NCBI GenBank assembly: GCA_016936735.1
Contig: JAFGXH010000116.1
Location: forward strand, 1-62,447
Direction: 5' to 3'
Length of the DNA: 62,447 bases
From: a bacterium
GTDB lineage: Bacteria; UBP6; JAFGXH01
The notes under the pieces were generated by a model, which worked only from the letters and a program-made list of their open reading frames with translations, did no database searches and was not told the origin of the DNA. Below, in pieces: positions 17,534-28,634 of this stretch. Both the position numbers and the translations under genes were made by a program. Each line of letters begins with the position of its first letter. The stretch's first letter is position 1.

Positions 17534-19000
17534 ATGAATACTCTTTCTAATATATACTCATCATCACTTTCTCTATTAACCGATTTATATCAGTTAACAA
17601 TGGCTTATGGATATTGGAAAAATGGAATTCATGAGAGAGAGTCTGTTTTTCACCTATTTTTTAGAAAAAATCCATTTAAAGGTGGATATGCTATTGCTGC
17701 TGGAGTGGAGTATGTTGTTAATTTTATTAATAGTTTTAAATTTGACGAGAGTGATATTGATTATTTAAAATCATTAAAAGGAAATGATGGAAAGGCTCTT
17801 TTCGAATCTGAGTTTCTTAAATATCTATCAAATTTAAAAATAACCTGTACTATTGAGAGTGTAAAAGAGGGAGAGATTGTTTTTCCTAATGAACCTTTAA
17901 TAAAAGTAACAGGAGCACTAATTCAGGCTCAACTTCTTGAAACAGCTCTTTTAAATATTGTAAATTTTCAAACTTTAATTGCAACAAAATCTTCAAGAAT
18001 CTGTTCTGCAACAGGTGGAGAGACTGTTCTTGAGTTCGGATTAAGAAGAGCTCAAGGGGTTGATGGTGGAATATCTGCAAGTAGAGCAGCCTATATTGGT
18101 GGTGCACATGCAACATCAAATGTTTTAGCAGGTAAACTTTTTGGAATCCCAATAAAAGGAACACATGCCCATAGTTGGGTTATGTCTTTTGATTCTGAAA
18201 TAGAGGCTTTTGAAAAATATGCCGATGCAATGCCAAATAATTCACTATTTTTAGTTGATACCTATGATACTATTGAGGGGGTTAAAAATGCTGTGAAAGT
18301 TGGCAAAAAATTGAGAGAAAAAGGGCATGAAATGCTTGGAATTCGACTTGATTCAGGTGATTTAGCTTATCTTAGTATTAAAGCAAGAGAGATATTAGAT
18401 GAGGGAGGATTTCCTAAAGCCTCAATTGTTGCAAGTAATGATTTAAATGAGGAGACAATATTAAGTTTAAAGGCTCAAGGTGGAGTGATTGATGTTTGGG
18501 GAGTTGGAACACAACTAGCAACAGCCTATGACCAACCTGCACTTGGAGGAGTTTATAAACTTGCTGCAATAAAAAACCATAATGGCTCTTGGGATTACAA
18601 AGTAAAACTCTCTGAACAGGCTATAAAAACATCAAATCCAGGCTCTTTAGGTGTGAAAAGATTTGAACTAAATGGAGAGTATATTGGAGATATGATATAT
18701 AATAGTTTTGAGTCTGTTGAAAATTTTGAGATTATTGATCCATTTGATGATACAAGAAGAAAAAATTTCTCAAATCAACTTATAAATAAAGAGCTTTTAA
18801 TTACACTTTTTAAAAATGGGGAGCAAATATATCAATTACCACATATTAATGAGGTAAGAGAGTATGCTCAAAAAGAGCTTTCTAAATTCCATTTAGGAAT
18901 AAAAAGATTTCTTAATCCACATCAATATCCAGTAGGTCTTGAAACATCTCTATTTAATTTGAAAAAAGAGTTAATATTTAAAGCAAGAGCTTTTAAATAA
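17534..19000 (+). CDS. pncB: Nicotinate phosphoribosyltransferase.
   Basis: N-terminal LLTDLYQLTMAYGYW and overall NAPRTase layout, about 490 aa. Confidence 0.8.
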   Translation: MNTLSNIYSSSLSLLTDLYQLTMAYGYWKNGIHERESVFHLFFRKNPFKGGYAIAAGVEYVVNFINSFKFDESDIDYLKSLKGNDGKALFESEFLKYLSNLKITCTIESVKEGEIVFPNEPLIKVTGALIQAQLLETALLNIVNFQTLIATKSSRICSATGGETVLEFGLRRAQGVDGGISASRAAYIGGAHATSNVLAGKLFGIPIKGTHAHSWVMSFDSEIEAFEKYADAMPNNSLFLVDTYDTIEGVKNAVKVGKKLREKGHEMLGIRLDSGDLAYLSIKAREILDEGGFPKASIVASNDLNEETILSLKAQGGVIDVWGVGTQLATAYDQPALGGVYKLAAIKNHNGSWDYKVKLSEQAIKTSNPGSLGVKRFELNGEYIGDMIYNSFESVENFEIIDPFDDTRRKNFSNQLINKELLITLFKNGEQIYQLPHINEVREYAQKELSKFHLGIKRFLNPHQYPVGLETSLFNLKKELIFKARAFK

Positions 19001-19051
19001 AAATATTTTCTATAATAAAAACATATATTTATACTAATTTTATATAAAAAT

Positions 19052-19080
19052 TTGACAAAATTGTGAGTTTTTGTAAAAAT
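19052..19080 (+). promoter_or_regulatory. Candidate sigma70 promoter.
   Basis: Perfect TTGACA. 16-17-nt spacer. TAAAAA/AAAAAT -10 preceded by TG. AAGAGGT SD and ATG at 19111. Confidence 0.35.
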
Positions 19081-19110
19081 AGGTTTAGAAATCTATTTTA
19101 AGAGGTAAAT

Positions 19111-21822
19111 ATGTGGATATTTGTATTTTTATCACTACCTTTTGAAACCCCATTTCTAGGGGAGTTTACAGAAACGACTACTTGTAATAATAAAAATTAT
19201 ATTGTCTATTTGAAAAGTGGTTATCCATATTTAAGAGATTTGACAGAAAATACAGAAAACCCTATTTCTGGCGTTTATGGTTTTCCTATGGGATTGTTTT
19301 GTGAAAATAGTAATCTTTATATTGTAACATTAGATTATGATATTGGTGAATTGGATAAATACTATTTTTATAAATATAGAGAAAATGAGCAGATGGTGGA
19401 GTTAATAACTTCATACAATGATAATATTATGGGTACAATAACTCCTCACTCTTTTAATAATACTTTAATACTAAAAAAAGGTTCAAGTATAAAAAAATAT
19501 ATATTTTCAAATGAAAATGTGACCTCCTCAACACTATTTTCAACAACATCATCTTTTGATAGATTTGCAACTACTCCTCCATATAATATTGCTGTTATAT
19601 CAAATTCACAAAATCTTATAATAAGAGATATAATTGGAGAACATGAATATTCTGTTTTAACTAATTCAAAAATATTAGATTTAATAAAAGATGATAATAA
19701 TGAATATTATATGTTAGTTTCAAATGGTTCAACCCTTTATATTTATAAAATCCATTCAGATTTTACAATAACACAAATTCACTCAAAAACTCATGATCAA
19801 ATAATTGAAAATGGGATATTTTATAAAGAGAATAGTAATTTTTATGGTTATCTTTCTGATTCAACTTATAAATTATATATTTTTGAGGGAAAAGAGAGTT
19901 TTTCTAATCTCTATTTTCACTATAATGATTCAGGTGTTACAAAAATTCAAAAATCAAATCTTTATCCAATATATTTAAAAACAGGTACTTTAGGAAGTGT
20001 TTATAAAGTTACTAATGATTTTTCTATTCTAAATAAACCAACAATTCTTTACCCTAATGGAGTAATTGATACATATATACATCCAGACATATATATTCAA
20101 TCTCCTAATAGATATGATTTATTCTCCTCTTATAGAATTGATATATCAAGAAGTTATGATTTTTTGCAGATTGATAAATCAATATCATCTGTAACACTCT
20201 CTGATGAGGAGTCTCAGAAAAATGTTGTTGATAGTTATAGTTTCTCTATTGCAACACCATACTATATAAGAGCCTATTATTATGATATATTCTCTAGAAA
20301 GAGTGAGTATAGTTATAGTAGTTTTATAAAAAATAGTGATTTAAATCTTTTGACATTATCTGTTTATGATAAAACAACAAACTCTGTTGAATATAGTGAT
20401 GAAAGAGATGTTGTTTTATATACACAAGGAGAATCAAATCTTGAAAACATTGAACTCTCATTTAACTCAGACTTTTCTAATTCACAAATATTATCTGTAG
20501 GTGGAGAGCAGACTATTGAACTTCCAAATGTTGAGGGAATTAATAATATTTTTGTAAGAGGTGTTGTATTAGATCAATCAAATATTATAGCCTCAACAAA
20601 TCAAAAAGAGAGTTCAATATTTCTTGATTTAACAAAACCAATATCACCAGTAATAACTTCAGGAGATAGTTTTGATAACAATATACAAATCACTTGGAAT
20701 CCATCAAGTGATAGTGGTTCAGGGTTATCAAAATATATTTTAAATATTAAAAAAGATGGTTTTAGTATATATCAAAAGGAGATTTCAAAAGATAATATAA
20801 CTCATTTAGTAGAGACTACTTTACAAAATGGTCTCTATAGTATTGAATTATATAGTGTAGATTTAGCTGGAAATATATCTATTCCATCTTTAAAAAATAT
20901 AACATTAGCAAAAAAACCATTAACTATAAGTGATTTGGATATTGAATTTAATTCACTTACTCCTAAATTAACTTTTGAGGATGATAATGATATTGTTAAC
21001 AAAAATTATAAAATTACTCTTTTTAAAGGAGATTTAAAACTAACAGAGTGGACTCTTTTTGATCAGAATCCAGATAGTAGTAGTAAAACTGTTATTTTAC
21101 CAAAATATTTTTACAAACATGGAGAGAAATATAGATTCTCAATAAATGTTGCTGATAATTTTGCTGAATCAGATAGCAAAGTGGTTGAAAAAGAGGCAGA
21201 TTTATCCACTTTAAAGCCAGCAATTCCTATAATAATATCTGAAACTGGAGAGATATCTTTAAACTCCTATAATCTGAAATTTAATTCAGTATTAGCTCCA
21301 TCTGAGGAGGTGATAAATTATAAAATATATAAAAATAGTGTTTTTTATAGTGAAATAGGAGTAACAGAAGCAAATTTAAATGATTTAGAGGAGAATAGTG
21401 GGTATGTTATTGAGGTAGAGGCTTGTGATAACTCAATTTCACTCTGTTCTGATAGAGATAGTGTAGATATTTTTGTTAACCAAATAGAGGAGTCCCCAAG
21501 TAAAGTTGATATTTTAGAACCACTAAATTTATCAATTATAAAAGAGTTTCCTTTTGATATTAGATGGAGTGAATCAATTGATCCAGAAGGAACTATTATA
21601 ACATATCATATTACTCTTTCTGATAAATCTGATTATTCAAAAGTTATATTAGAGTTTTTTGATGTACAAGATACAAAAAAAACAGTTAATTCATTAAAAG
21701 GTGGTAAATATTATTTAAAAATTATTGCTAAAGATTCAAAAAATAATCTCTCTGAAATATCAGAAATCTCTTTTGAAATTGAATCAAAATCTAATAACTC
21801 CTCTGGATGTAGTTTTTATTAA
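19111..21822 (+). CDS. Large secreted protein with repeated Ig/Fn3-like beta domains. It ends ...SSGCSFY.
   Basis: N-terminal hydrophobic signal. Ser/Asn/Tyr-rich beta-repeat composition. No catalytic motifs. Confidence 0.4.
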   Translation: MWIFVFLSLPFETPFLGEFTETTTCNNKNYIVYLKSGYPYLRDLTENTENPISGVYGFPMGLFCENSNLYIVTLDYDIGELDKYYFYKYRENEQMVELITSYNDNIMGTITPHSFNNTLILKKGSSIKKYIFSNENVTSSTLFSTTSSFDRFATTPPYNIAVISNSQNLIIRDIIGEHEYSVLTNSKILDLIKDDNNEYYMLVSNGSTLYIYKIHSDFTITQIHSKTHDQIIENGIFYKENSNFYGYLSDSTYKLYIFEGKESFSNLYFHYNDSGVTKIQKSNLYPIYLKTGTLGSVYKVTNDFSILNKPTILYPNGVIDTYIHPDIYIQSPNRYDLFSSYRIDISRSYDFLQIDKSISSVTLSDEESQKNVVDSYSFSIATPYYIRAYYYDIFSRKSEYSYSSFIKNSDLNLLTLSVYDKTTNSVEYSDERDVVLYTQGESNLENIELSFNSDFSNSQILSVGGEQTIELPNVEGINNIFVRGVVLDQSNIIASTNQKESSIFLDLTKPISPVITSGDSFDNNIQITWNPSSDSGSGLSKYILNIKKDGFSIYQKEISKDNITHLVETTLQNGLYSIELYSVDLAGNISIPSLKNITLAKKPLTISDLDIEFNSLTPKLTFEDDNDIVNKNYKITLFKGDLKLTEWTLFDQNPDSSSKTVILPKYFYKHGEKYRFSINVADNFAESDSKVVEKEADLSTLKPAIPIIISETGEISLNSYNLKFNSVLAPSEEVINYKIYKNSVFYSEIGVTEANLNDLEENSGYVIEVEACDNSISLCSDRDSVDIFVNQIEESPSKVDILEPLNLSIIKEFPFDIRWSESIDPEGTIITYHITLSDKSDYSKVILEFFDVQDTKKTVNSLKGGKYYLKIIAKDSKNNLSEISEISFEIESKSNNSSGCSFY

Positions 21823-21942
21823 TTAAAAATAGTAAAATCTACTCCATTATTAAATTGATTTTTTATAAATTGAGTATGAATATTTAAAAGTTTCTATTTT
21901 TTTTCATAAAAGATTATCAGAAGTTACATAATCTATTGATTT

Positions 21943-23862
21943 TTGATATTGAATTGCTTACAATTGAGACTAATTTGTTATTTAGGTGCCATGGATAAAG
22001 AGTTTGTTATTCATATCTTTGATATGAAACAGTTAAAAAATACTTGGGTCTCTCCTGGTATTGAAAGTGCTATGGGGATGAGTGTGGATAGTTTTTTAAA
22101 TCTTCCAGCAGAGGAGTTTGCCAAACTTTATCATCCTGATGAAACAGAAAAAAGAATGCAATTTTTTTCATTTATGACTCAGGCTCCAGATGGTGTTGTT
22201 TTTGAACATGAGTATAGAATCTGGCATAAAATAAGAGGTGAATGGGTTTGGTTTCATTCAAAAAGTTTTCCTCTTAGAAGGGATTTAAATGGTGTTATTA
22301 CTGAAGTATTGGGGATAAGTTCAGAAATAAAAGATCCAAAAATAGAGTTAACTAACTCCATTTATGAAAAATCAATAAATCAATATAAAAATTTTACAGA
22401 TGAGATTCATGATGGTTTTATTATTGTTGAAAATGGATTGATAAAATATGCAAATAGCTCTTTTTTTAAATTATTAAAATTAGATTCATCAGATATTTTA
22501 GGTAAAACAATAACAACTTTTATTGTAAATGAATTAAGTGATTTTGATATTAATCCTAAAATAGATAGTAGCAGAAAATATGAGTCCCAAATATTTTTAG
22601 ATTCAGGTGAATCAATTGATGTTGAGATTTTTGAAAAATGGATCTCTGAGGGATTTGGTAAACTTTTAAAAATGTTTATAATAAAGGATTTAAGGGTTCA
22701 AAAACAACAGGAACATCAACGTCTTTTAGAATATAAAATGAACTCTTTAAAAACTTTAAGTGAAGGAATCTCAAATGATTTAAATAATCTTTTAACTATT
22801 ATATCTGGGAATTTATCAACTCTTGAGTTCGAAAATATCTCTGAGCAAGCAATAATATTTTTAAAAAGAGCTATTGATACAACATTTAAAGCAAGAGATT
22901 TAATTTCACTGTTTTCCCAATTTGCAAAAGGAAAATCAATATTTCCATCAATACTAAAACTTGATTCTTTTATTAAAGAGTCTGTGTATTTTATTTTAGC
23001 TGGTTCAAATATTATACCAAGATTTCATTTTCCTAACTATTTTTATGAAATTGAGATTGATAGAGAGCATCTTTTTGATATTTTAAAAAATATTATTCAA
23101 AATAGTAATGATGCAATGCCAAATGGTGGTTTTATTGATGTTTTTATAAATTTTATAGATCAAGAGATGGAGATTTTAATTAGAGATTATGGTATTGGTA
23201 TTGCTAAAGAGAATTTACCATATCTTTTTACTCCCTATTTTACAACTAAAAAAACAAATGGAGATATGGGTTTAGGTTTAGGTTTGTCAATAACTCACTC
23301 TCTAATCCAAAGAAATGGTGGTAAAATTGAGATTAACTCAATAATCAATAAAGGAACTGATTGTTATTTATATTTTCCTCTTTCACAAAGGAGAATTGAA
23401 AAGTCTAAGAAATTAGTGAATAATAGTTTTGAACCATTGCCTAAAATGAATAAAAGAAGAGTGTTAGTTCTTGATGGAGATACTAAATCTACCATTACAT
23501 CTGTTAAGGTTCTTGAGATTTTGGGTTATTTTGTTGAGAGTGCAAATTCATTAAAAGAGGCTTTTGAAAAAATCAGTTTAGGTTACAAAGAGGGAAATAT
23601 TTTTAATTTAATAATAACTGATTCTAAAATTGAGCAAGATGGAGATGGTATTGAGTTTTTAACTTTTGTAAAAAATGAGTTTGATAATAAAATTCCAATA
23701 ATATTATCTACTAACTCTTATACATCTCATTATTTTTCAAACTACAAAGATTATGGATTTTCCGATGTTTTATTAAAGCCATTTAACTTAAAAGAGTTGA
23801 ATGAACTATTCACAAAACTCTTTTATCCTAATTTATCTAAACAAAATAGTGAGTTACATTAA
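21943..23862 (+). CDS. PAS-domain sensor histidine-kinase-like protein with a C-terminal receiver domain. The H-box has no histidine.
   Basis: N box QNSNDAM. G1 DYGIGI. G2 GLGLGL. Receiver shows VLVLDGD...IITD...ILST...LLKP. The H-box reads GISNDLNNLLTIISGN where kinases have AHDFNNLLT. Confidence 0.6.
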   Translation: MILNCLQLRLICYLGAMDKEFVIHIFDMKQLKNTWVSPGIESAMGMSVDSFLNLPAEEFAKLYHPDETEKRMQFFSFMTQAPDGVVFEHEYRIWHKIRGEWVWFHSKSFPLRRDLNGVITEVLGISSEIKDPKIELTNSIYEKSINQYKNFTDEIHDGFIIVENGLIKYANSSFFKLLKLDSSDILGKTITTFIVNELSDFDINPKIDSSRKYESQIFLDSGESIDVEIFEKWISEGFGKLLKMFIIKDLRVQKQQEHQRLLEYKMNSLKTLSEGISNDLNNLLTIISGNLSTLEFENISEQAIIFLKRAIDTTFKARDLISLFSQFAKGKSIFPSILKLDSFIKESVYFILAGSNIIPRFHFPNYFYEIEIDREHLFDILKNIIQNSNDAMPNGGFIDVFINFIDQEMEILIRDYGIGIAKENLPYLFTPYFTTKKTNGDMGLGLGLSITHSLIQRNGGKIEINSIINKGTDCYLYFPLSQRRIEKSKKLVNNSFEPLPKMNKRRVLVLDGDTKSTITSVKVLEILGYFVESANSLKEAFEKISLGYKEGNIFNLIITDSKIEQDGDGIEFLTFVKNEFDNKIPIILSTNSYTSHYFSNYKDYGFSDVLLKPFNLKELNELFTKLFYPNLSKQNSELH

Positions 23863-23867
23863 AAAGC

Positions 23868-23895
23868 TTGACATTTTTCAAAAATTCAATATAAT
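23868..23895 (+). promoter_or_regulatory. Strong sigma70 promoter of the rpsL operon.
   Basis: Perfect TTGACA (23868-23873), 16-nt spacer, perfect TATAAT (23890-23895). About 46 nt upstream of the rpsL ATG, with an AAAGGGG SD. Confidence 0.6.
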
Positions 23896-23941
23896 TACAG
23901 GTCTCTATGTGTTTTTTTCATGACTTGATAAAGGGGCATGT

Positions 23942-24313
23942 ATGGCAACAATAAATCAGTTAATAAGAAAAGAGCGACAAGAAGTCGCTAAAAAGAACAA
24001 GGTTCCCGCTTTAAAAGGGTGCCCTCAAAAAAAAGGTGTTTGTAGAAGAGTTTATACTGCAACTCCAAAAAAACCAAACTCAGCTTTAAGAAAAGTTGCA
24101 AGGGTTCGTTTAACAAATGGTATTGAAGTTACTGCATATATTCCAGGAGAGGGTCACAATCTTCAGGAACATGCAACAGTACTTATCCGTGGTGGAAGGG
24201 TTAAAGACTTACCAGGGGTTCGTTATCACATTATTCGTGGTGTGTTTGATACACAAGGTGTTAAAAATCGTAAAAAAGGTCGCTCCAAATATGGTGCAAA
24301 AAAACCTAAATAA
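23942..24313 (+). CDS. rpsL: 30S ribosomal protein S12.
   Basis: [10 protein letters not shown]...[11 protein letters not shown]. Confidence 0.95.
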   Translation: MATINQLIRKERQEVAKKNKVPALKGCPQKKGVCRRVYTATPKKPNSALRKVARVRLTNGIEVTAYIPGEGHNLQEHATVLIRGGRVKDLPGVRYHIIRGVFDTQGVKNRKKGRSKYGAKKPK

Positions 24314-24331
24314 TCTTTAAGAGGGAAGAAA

Positions 24332-24802
24332 ATGCCAAGAAGAAGAGAAGTACCAAAAAGATTAGTTCTCCCAGAACCAAAATATAATGATGTTACTGCT
24401 GCAAAATTTATTAACATGCTTATGTTGGAAGGGAAAAAAAGTGTTGCTGAGAAGATTTTCTATGGCGCACTTGAAAGAGTTGAAGGAAAACTTAAAGAGA
24501 ATGGACTTGATATATTTAAAAAAGCTTTAAACAATATTCGTCCAGAACTTGAAGTTAAGTCAAGAAGAGTTGGTGGTGCAACATACCAAGTTCCAGTTGA
24601 AGTTAATAAAGAGCGTTCTATTGCTCTTGCAATGAGATGGTTAGTTACATACTCAAGAAAACGTGCTGGAAAAACAATGGTTGATAAATTGTCTGGTGAG
24701 TTAATGGATGCTATTTCTGGAAAAGGTGCATCTATTAAGAAAAAAGATGATACTCACAAAATGGCAGAAGCAAATAAAGCATTTGCACATTATCGCTGGT
24801 AA
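24332..24802 (+). CDS. rpsG: 30S ribosomal protein S7.
   Basis: MPRRREV...; conserved S7 layout. Confidence 0.95.
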   Translation: MPRRREVPKRLVLPEPKYNDVTAAKFINMLMLEGKKSVAEKIFYGALERVEGKLKENGLDIFKKALNNIRPELEVKSRRVGGATYQVPVEVNKERSIALAMRWLVTYSRKRAGKTMVDKLSGELMDAISGKGASIKKKDDTHKMAEANKAFAHYRW

Positions 24803-24818
24803 TAATTAGGGAAAACAG

Positions 24819-26894
24819 GTGGAAAAAAGACTTAAATCAATAGATAAAGTTAGAAATATCGGTATGATGGCACACATTGATGCCGGTAAAACAACAGTAA
24901 CAGAGAGAGTTCTGTTTTATACTGGAAAATCATACAAAATAGGTGAAGTTCATGAAGGAACCGCAGAGATGGATTGGATGGTTCAAGAGCAGGAGAGAGG
25001 TATTACAATTACCTCTGCAGCAACAACCTGTTTCTGGAAAGATATTCAAATCAATATAATAGATACACCTGGACATGTTGATTTTACTGTAGAAGTAGAG
25101 CGTTCACTTCGTGTTTTAGATGGAGCTGTTGCTATTTTTTGCGGTGTTGCTGGTGTTCAACCACAATCCGAAACAGTTTGGAGACAAGCAAGTAAATATA
25201 AAGTGCCAAGAATTGCATTTGTTAACAAAATGGATAGAGTTGGTGCTGATTTTCAAAGAGTTTTATCAATGTTTCCAACACATCTTAATACAACACCTGT
25301 TGCACTTCAATTGCCTATTGGACAAGGGGAGAATTTTGAAGGAGTTGTTGATTTACTCACAAAAAAAGCATATAGTTTTGCTGGTATAGCACCTGACAAT
25401 ATGACAGAGATAGAGATTCCAGATAATATGGTTGATGAAGTTGAAATGTATCATGAACTTCTTGTAGAAAAGGCTGCAGAGCAATCTGAGGAGTTAATGG
25501 AGAAATATATTGAAACAGGCAATCTCTCTATTGAAGATGCAAAATTGGGTATAAAAATAGGGGTTTTGACACATTCAATTACTCCAGTTCTTTGTGGTAC
25601 CGCTTTTAAAAACAAAGGAGTGCAATTACTTCTTGATGCAATTGTTGAGTATCTTCCATCTCCATCAGAGGTTGGAACAAAAGAGGCAATTTCTCTTGAT
25701 AATGGCGAAAAAATAGAGGTTTCACCTCTTGATGATGAGCCGTTTTCAGCTCTTGCATTTAAAATTATGACAGACCCATATGTTGGTCAGTTAACATTTT
25801 TTAGAGTTTATTCTGGAAAATTAGAATCTGGTTCTGTTGTTATCAATAGTGCAAAAGGTAAAAAAGAGAGAATTGGTCGTATTCTTAGAATGCATGCAAA
25901 TAAAAGAGAAGAGATTGATGGTATTTATTGTGGTGACATTGCCGCTGCAGTTGGTTTAAAGCTAACTACAACAGGTGATACTTTATGTGACTTAAATCAT
26001 CCAATTCAACTTGAATCAATCGATTTTCCAACACCAGTCATCTCAATTGCAATTGAACCTAAGACGAAAATGGATGTAGATCGTATGGTTTCTGCATTAG
26101 AGAAATTGATGAAAGAGGATCCATCTTTTTCTGTTAAAGTAGACCCTGAAACAGCTCAAACAATTATATCAGGAATGGGAGAGCTTCATTTGGAGATTAT
26201 TGTAGATCGCTTATTAAGAGAATTTGGTGTTGATGCTAATGTTGGAGCTCCACAAGTTGCTTATAGAGAGACTATTAGAGGAACTGTTACACAAGAGGGT
26301 AAATATGTTCGTCAAAGTGGTGGTCGTGGTCAATATGGTCATGTAGTCATAGAAATCTCTCCATTAGAAGCAGGCAAAGGCTTTAAATTTGAAAATGCAA
26401 TTGTTGGAGGTGTTATTCCCAAAGAGTATATTCCTGCAGTTGAGAAAGGTATTATCGAAGCAATGGATAATGGTGTTTACGCTGGATACCCAATGGTTGA
26501 TATAAAAGTTAGACTTATAGATGGTTCTTATCATGAAGTTGACTCAAGCGAAATGGCATTTAAAGTTGCTGGTTCAATAGGATTCAAAGAGGCTGTTATG
26601 AAAGCAAATCCAGCACTTCTTGAACCTATTTTTTCTGTTGAAATAACAACTCCAGATGAATTTATGGGTGATGTTATTGGGGATATTAATTCCCGTAGAG
26701 GGAAAATAACTGGTATGGAGCAAAATATTAATCTTCAAGTTGTTAAGGCTGAAATTCCATTATCAATGATGTTTGGCTATGCAACAGATTTACGCTCTAA
26801 AACACAGGGAAGAGCAACATACTCTTATCAGTTTTCCCATTATAGTGAGGTTCCTGCAAGTATTGCAGAGAAGATATTAAAAAACCGTTTTTAG
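24819..26894 (+). CDS. fusA: Elongation factor G (GTG start).
   Basis: [22 protein letters not shown], full 691-aa EF-G. Confidence 0.93.
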   Translation: MEKRLKSIDKVRNIGMMAHIDAGKTTVTERVLFYTGKSYKIGEVHEGTAEMDWMVQEQERGITITSAATTCFWKDIQINIIDTPGHVDFTVEVERSLRVLDGAVAIFCGVAGVQPQSETVWRQASKYKVPRIAFVNKMDRVGADFQRVLSMFPTHLNTTPVALQLPIGQGENFEGVVDLLTKKAYSFAGIAPDNMTEIEIPDNMVDEVEMYHELLVEKAAEQSEELMEKYIETGNLSIEDAKLGIKIGVLTHSITPVLCGTAFKNKGVQLLLDAIVEYLPSPSEVGTKEAISLDNGEKIEVSPLDDEPFSALAFKIMTDPYVGQLTFFRVYSGKLESGSVVINSAKGKKERIGRILRMHANKREEIDGIYCGDIAAAVGLKLTTTGDTLCDLNHPIQLESIDFPTPVISIAIEPKTKMDVDRMVSALEKLMKEDPSFSVKVDPETAQTIISGMGELHLEIIVDRLLREFGVDANVGAPQVAYRETIRGTVTQEGKYVRQSGGRGQYGHVVIEISPLEAGKGFKFENAIVGGVIPKEYIPAVEKGIIEAMDNGVYAGYPMVDIKVRLIDGSYHEVDSSEMAFKVAGSIGFKEAVMKANPALLEPIFSVEITTPDEFMGDVIGDINSRRGKITGMEQNINLQVVKAEIPLSMMFGYATDLRSKTQGRATYSYQFSHYSEVPASIAEKILKNRF

Positions 26895-26973
26895 CTTAAG
26901 AGTAAAATTTAACTTGATTTTATTCTTTAAATATTCTAAAATAAAAAGCTTTTTTATTTCTTACGGAGCGGTA

Positions 26974-27276
26974 ATGAAAAAAATCAGAATTAAACTGAAA
27001 GCCTATGACAACAAATTACTCGATTCAACTGTTGCTGATATTGTAAATGTAGCAAAAGAAAAAGGGGCTGAAGTTATAGGTCCGATTCCACTACCAACCA
27101 AAATAAACAAATATACAATTTTGCGTTCGGTTTTTGTGAATATTAAATCAAGAGAGCAATTTGAAATCCGTACACACAAACGGTTAATTGACATTGTAAT
27201 TACCTCTCAAACTGCTGACATTTTTGAAAACATTGATATTTCCGCAGGGGTTGAAATAGAGGTTAAATCCTTATAA
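26974..27276 (+). CDS. rpsJ: 30S ribosomal protein S10.
   Basis: [12 protein letters not shown]... after a GGAG SD. The upstream in-frame extension of the ORF track is rejected. Confidence 0.9.
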   Translation: MKKIRIKLKAYDNKLLDSTVADIVNVAKEKGAEVIGPIPLPTKINKYTILRSVFVNIKSREQFEIRTHKRLIDIVITSQTADIFENIDISAGVEIEVKSL

Positions 27277-27288
27277 TTTAAAGAGGCT

Positions 27289-27981
27289 ATGATGTTGAAA
27301 AAGATATTTGGAAAAAAAATTGGGATGACACAGATTTTTACTGAGAATGGTGTTAGAATTCCTGTTACAGTATTAGAAGTGGCACCTCTGCATGTTTTGA
27401 GAGTGTTAAAAGAGACAAAAGGAAAAGGACATGCAGTTAATGCAATTGAAGTTGGATACGATGTAGTTCGTGAAGTTAAAGCAGAATTACAAGAGATGTT
27501 TAAAGAGGAATTTGCTCTTCACAAAGCACTTAGAGTTAAAAAACCTATTCTTGGTGTTATTAAAAAAGCTGGTTTTGAGAAAAAATTTGCTTTAATTCGT
27601 CAAATTAAAGTTGAAAAACCAGAAGAGTTTAATGCAGGTGATGTTTTAACATTAGAGCAGTTTCAATTAGTTAAAAAAGTTGATGTGCAAGGTACAACAA
27701 AAGGTCGTGGATTTACAGGTCCAATAAAAAGACATAATTTACATACAGGTCCAAATACACATGGTTCTCGTTATCATAGAGGACAAGGATCTTTAGGACC
27801 ATCAGCAGATCCAAGCCGTGTTTATCCTGGTAAAAAATTAGCAGGACATTATGGTAATGAGATAGCTACAGTACGTAATCTTGATGTTGTTAAAGTTGAC
27901 CTTGAGAATAACCTACTTGTTGTGAAAGGTGCAGTTCCTGGAGCAAATGGTGGTTATGTTGTTATCAAAACATCCTTATAA
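27289..27981 (+). CDS. rplC: 50S ribosomal protein L3.
   Basis: GKKIGMTQIF... L3 N-terminus. Confidence 0.9.
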   Translation: MMLKKIFGKKIGMTQIFTENGVRIPVTVLEVAPLHVLRVLKETKGKGHAVNAIEVGYDVVREVKAELQEMFKEEFALHKALRVKKPILGVIKKAGFEKKFALIRQIKVEKPEEFNAGDVLTLEQFQLVKKVDVQGTTKGRGFTGPIKRHNLHTGPNTHGSRYHRGQGSLGPSADPSRVYPGKKLAGHYGNEIATVRNLDVVKVDLENNLLVVKGAVPGANGGYVVIKTSL

Positions 27982-27992
27982 TTCAGGAGAAG

Positions 27993-28619
27993 ATGATGAA
28001 AATCGATGTATACGATTTGAATTTTAATAAGGTTAGAGAGATTGAAGTGAGTGATAATATTTTTGCAGCAGAAGTGAAAGAACATATTCTTCATGATGTT
28101 GTAAAAGCTCAACTTCGTCTTCGCAGAAGTGGAACTGCAAAAACAAGAAACAGATCAGAGGTTTCTGCAAGCAGTAGAAAAATTTATAAACAAAAAGGGA
28201 CAGGAAATGCTCGTCATGGTGCAAAAGACTCTCCACTCTTTCCAAAAGGTGGTGTTGTTTGGGGTCCACGTGGTGTTATAAGTGCATACAAAGTTAACAA
28301 AAAAGTTATGAGAGGTGGTTTAATATCTGCTCTATCTTTAAAAGTTAAAGAACAACGTTTTTTTGTTGTTGATTCTTGGTCTCTTAAATCATTTAAAACA
28401 AAAGAGTTTAAATCTGTTTTAACTCGTTTTCAAATTGAGAAAGGTTTAATTGTGGATGATTGTGAAACCACAGAAAACCTTTATCTAGCCTCCAGAAATT
28501 TAAAAGACATGAAACTGATTAAAACAGGTGGTGTGAATGTTTTTGATATTTTAAAATACAAAACACTACTTCTCAGTGAAGAGTCCGTAAGAAAAATTGA
28601 GCAAAGATTAAGCAAATAG
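27993..28619 (+). CDS. rplD: 50S ribosomal protein L4.
   Basis: Position and length in the S10 cluster. Basic protein. Confidence 0.88.
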   Translation: MMKIDVYDLNFNKVREIEVSDNIFAAEVKEHILHDVVKAQLRLRRSGTAKTRNRSEVSASSRKIYKQKGTGNARHGAKDSPLFPKGGVVWGPRGVISAYKVNKKVMRGGLISALSLKVKEQRFFVVDSWSLKSFKTKEFKSVLTRFQIEKGLIVDDCETTENLYLASRNLKDMKLIKTGGVNVFDILKYKTLLLSEESVRKIEQRLSK

Positions 28620-28634
28620 GAAGAGGTTAGTATA

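Noticed and set aside
26943-26955. AAAAAGCTTTTT palindrome between fusA and rpsJ as a terminator.
   Set aside because: It is a perfect palindrome with no loop and only A/T pairs. It is unlikely to form a stable terminator hairpin.
26914-26973. N-terminal extension of S10 from the ORF track ([20 protein letters not shown]).
   Set aside because: The canonical S10 start [11 protein letters not shown], with a GGAG SD, is at 26974. The extension is hydrophobic and not conserved. The same logic applies to the 31497 start of L29.
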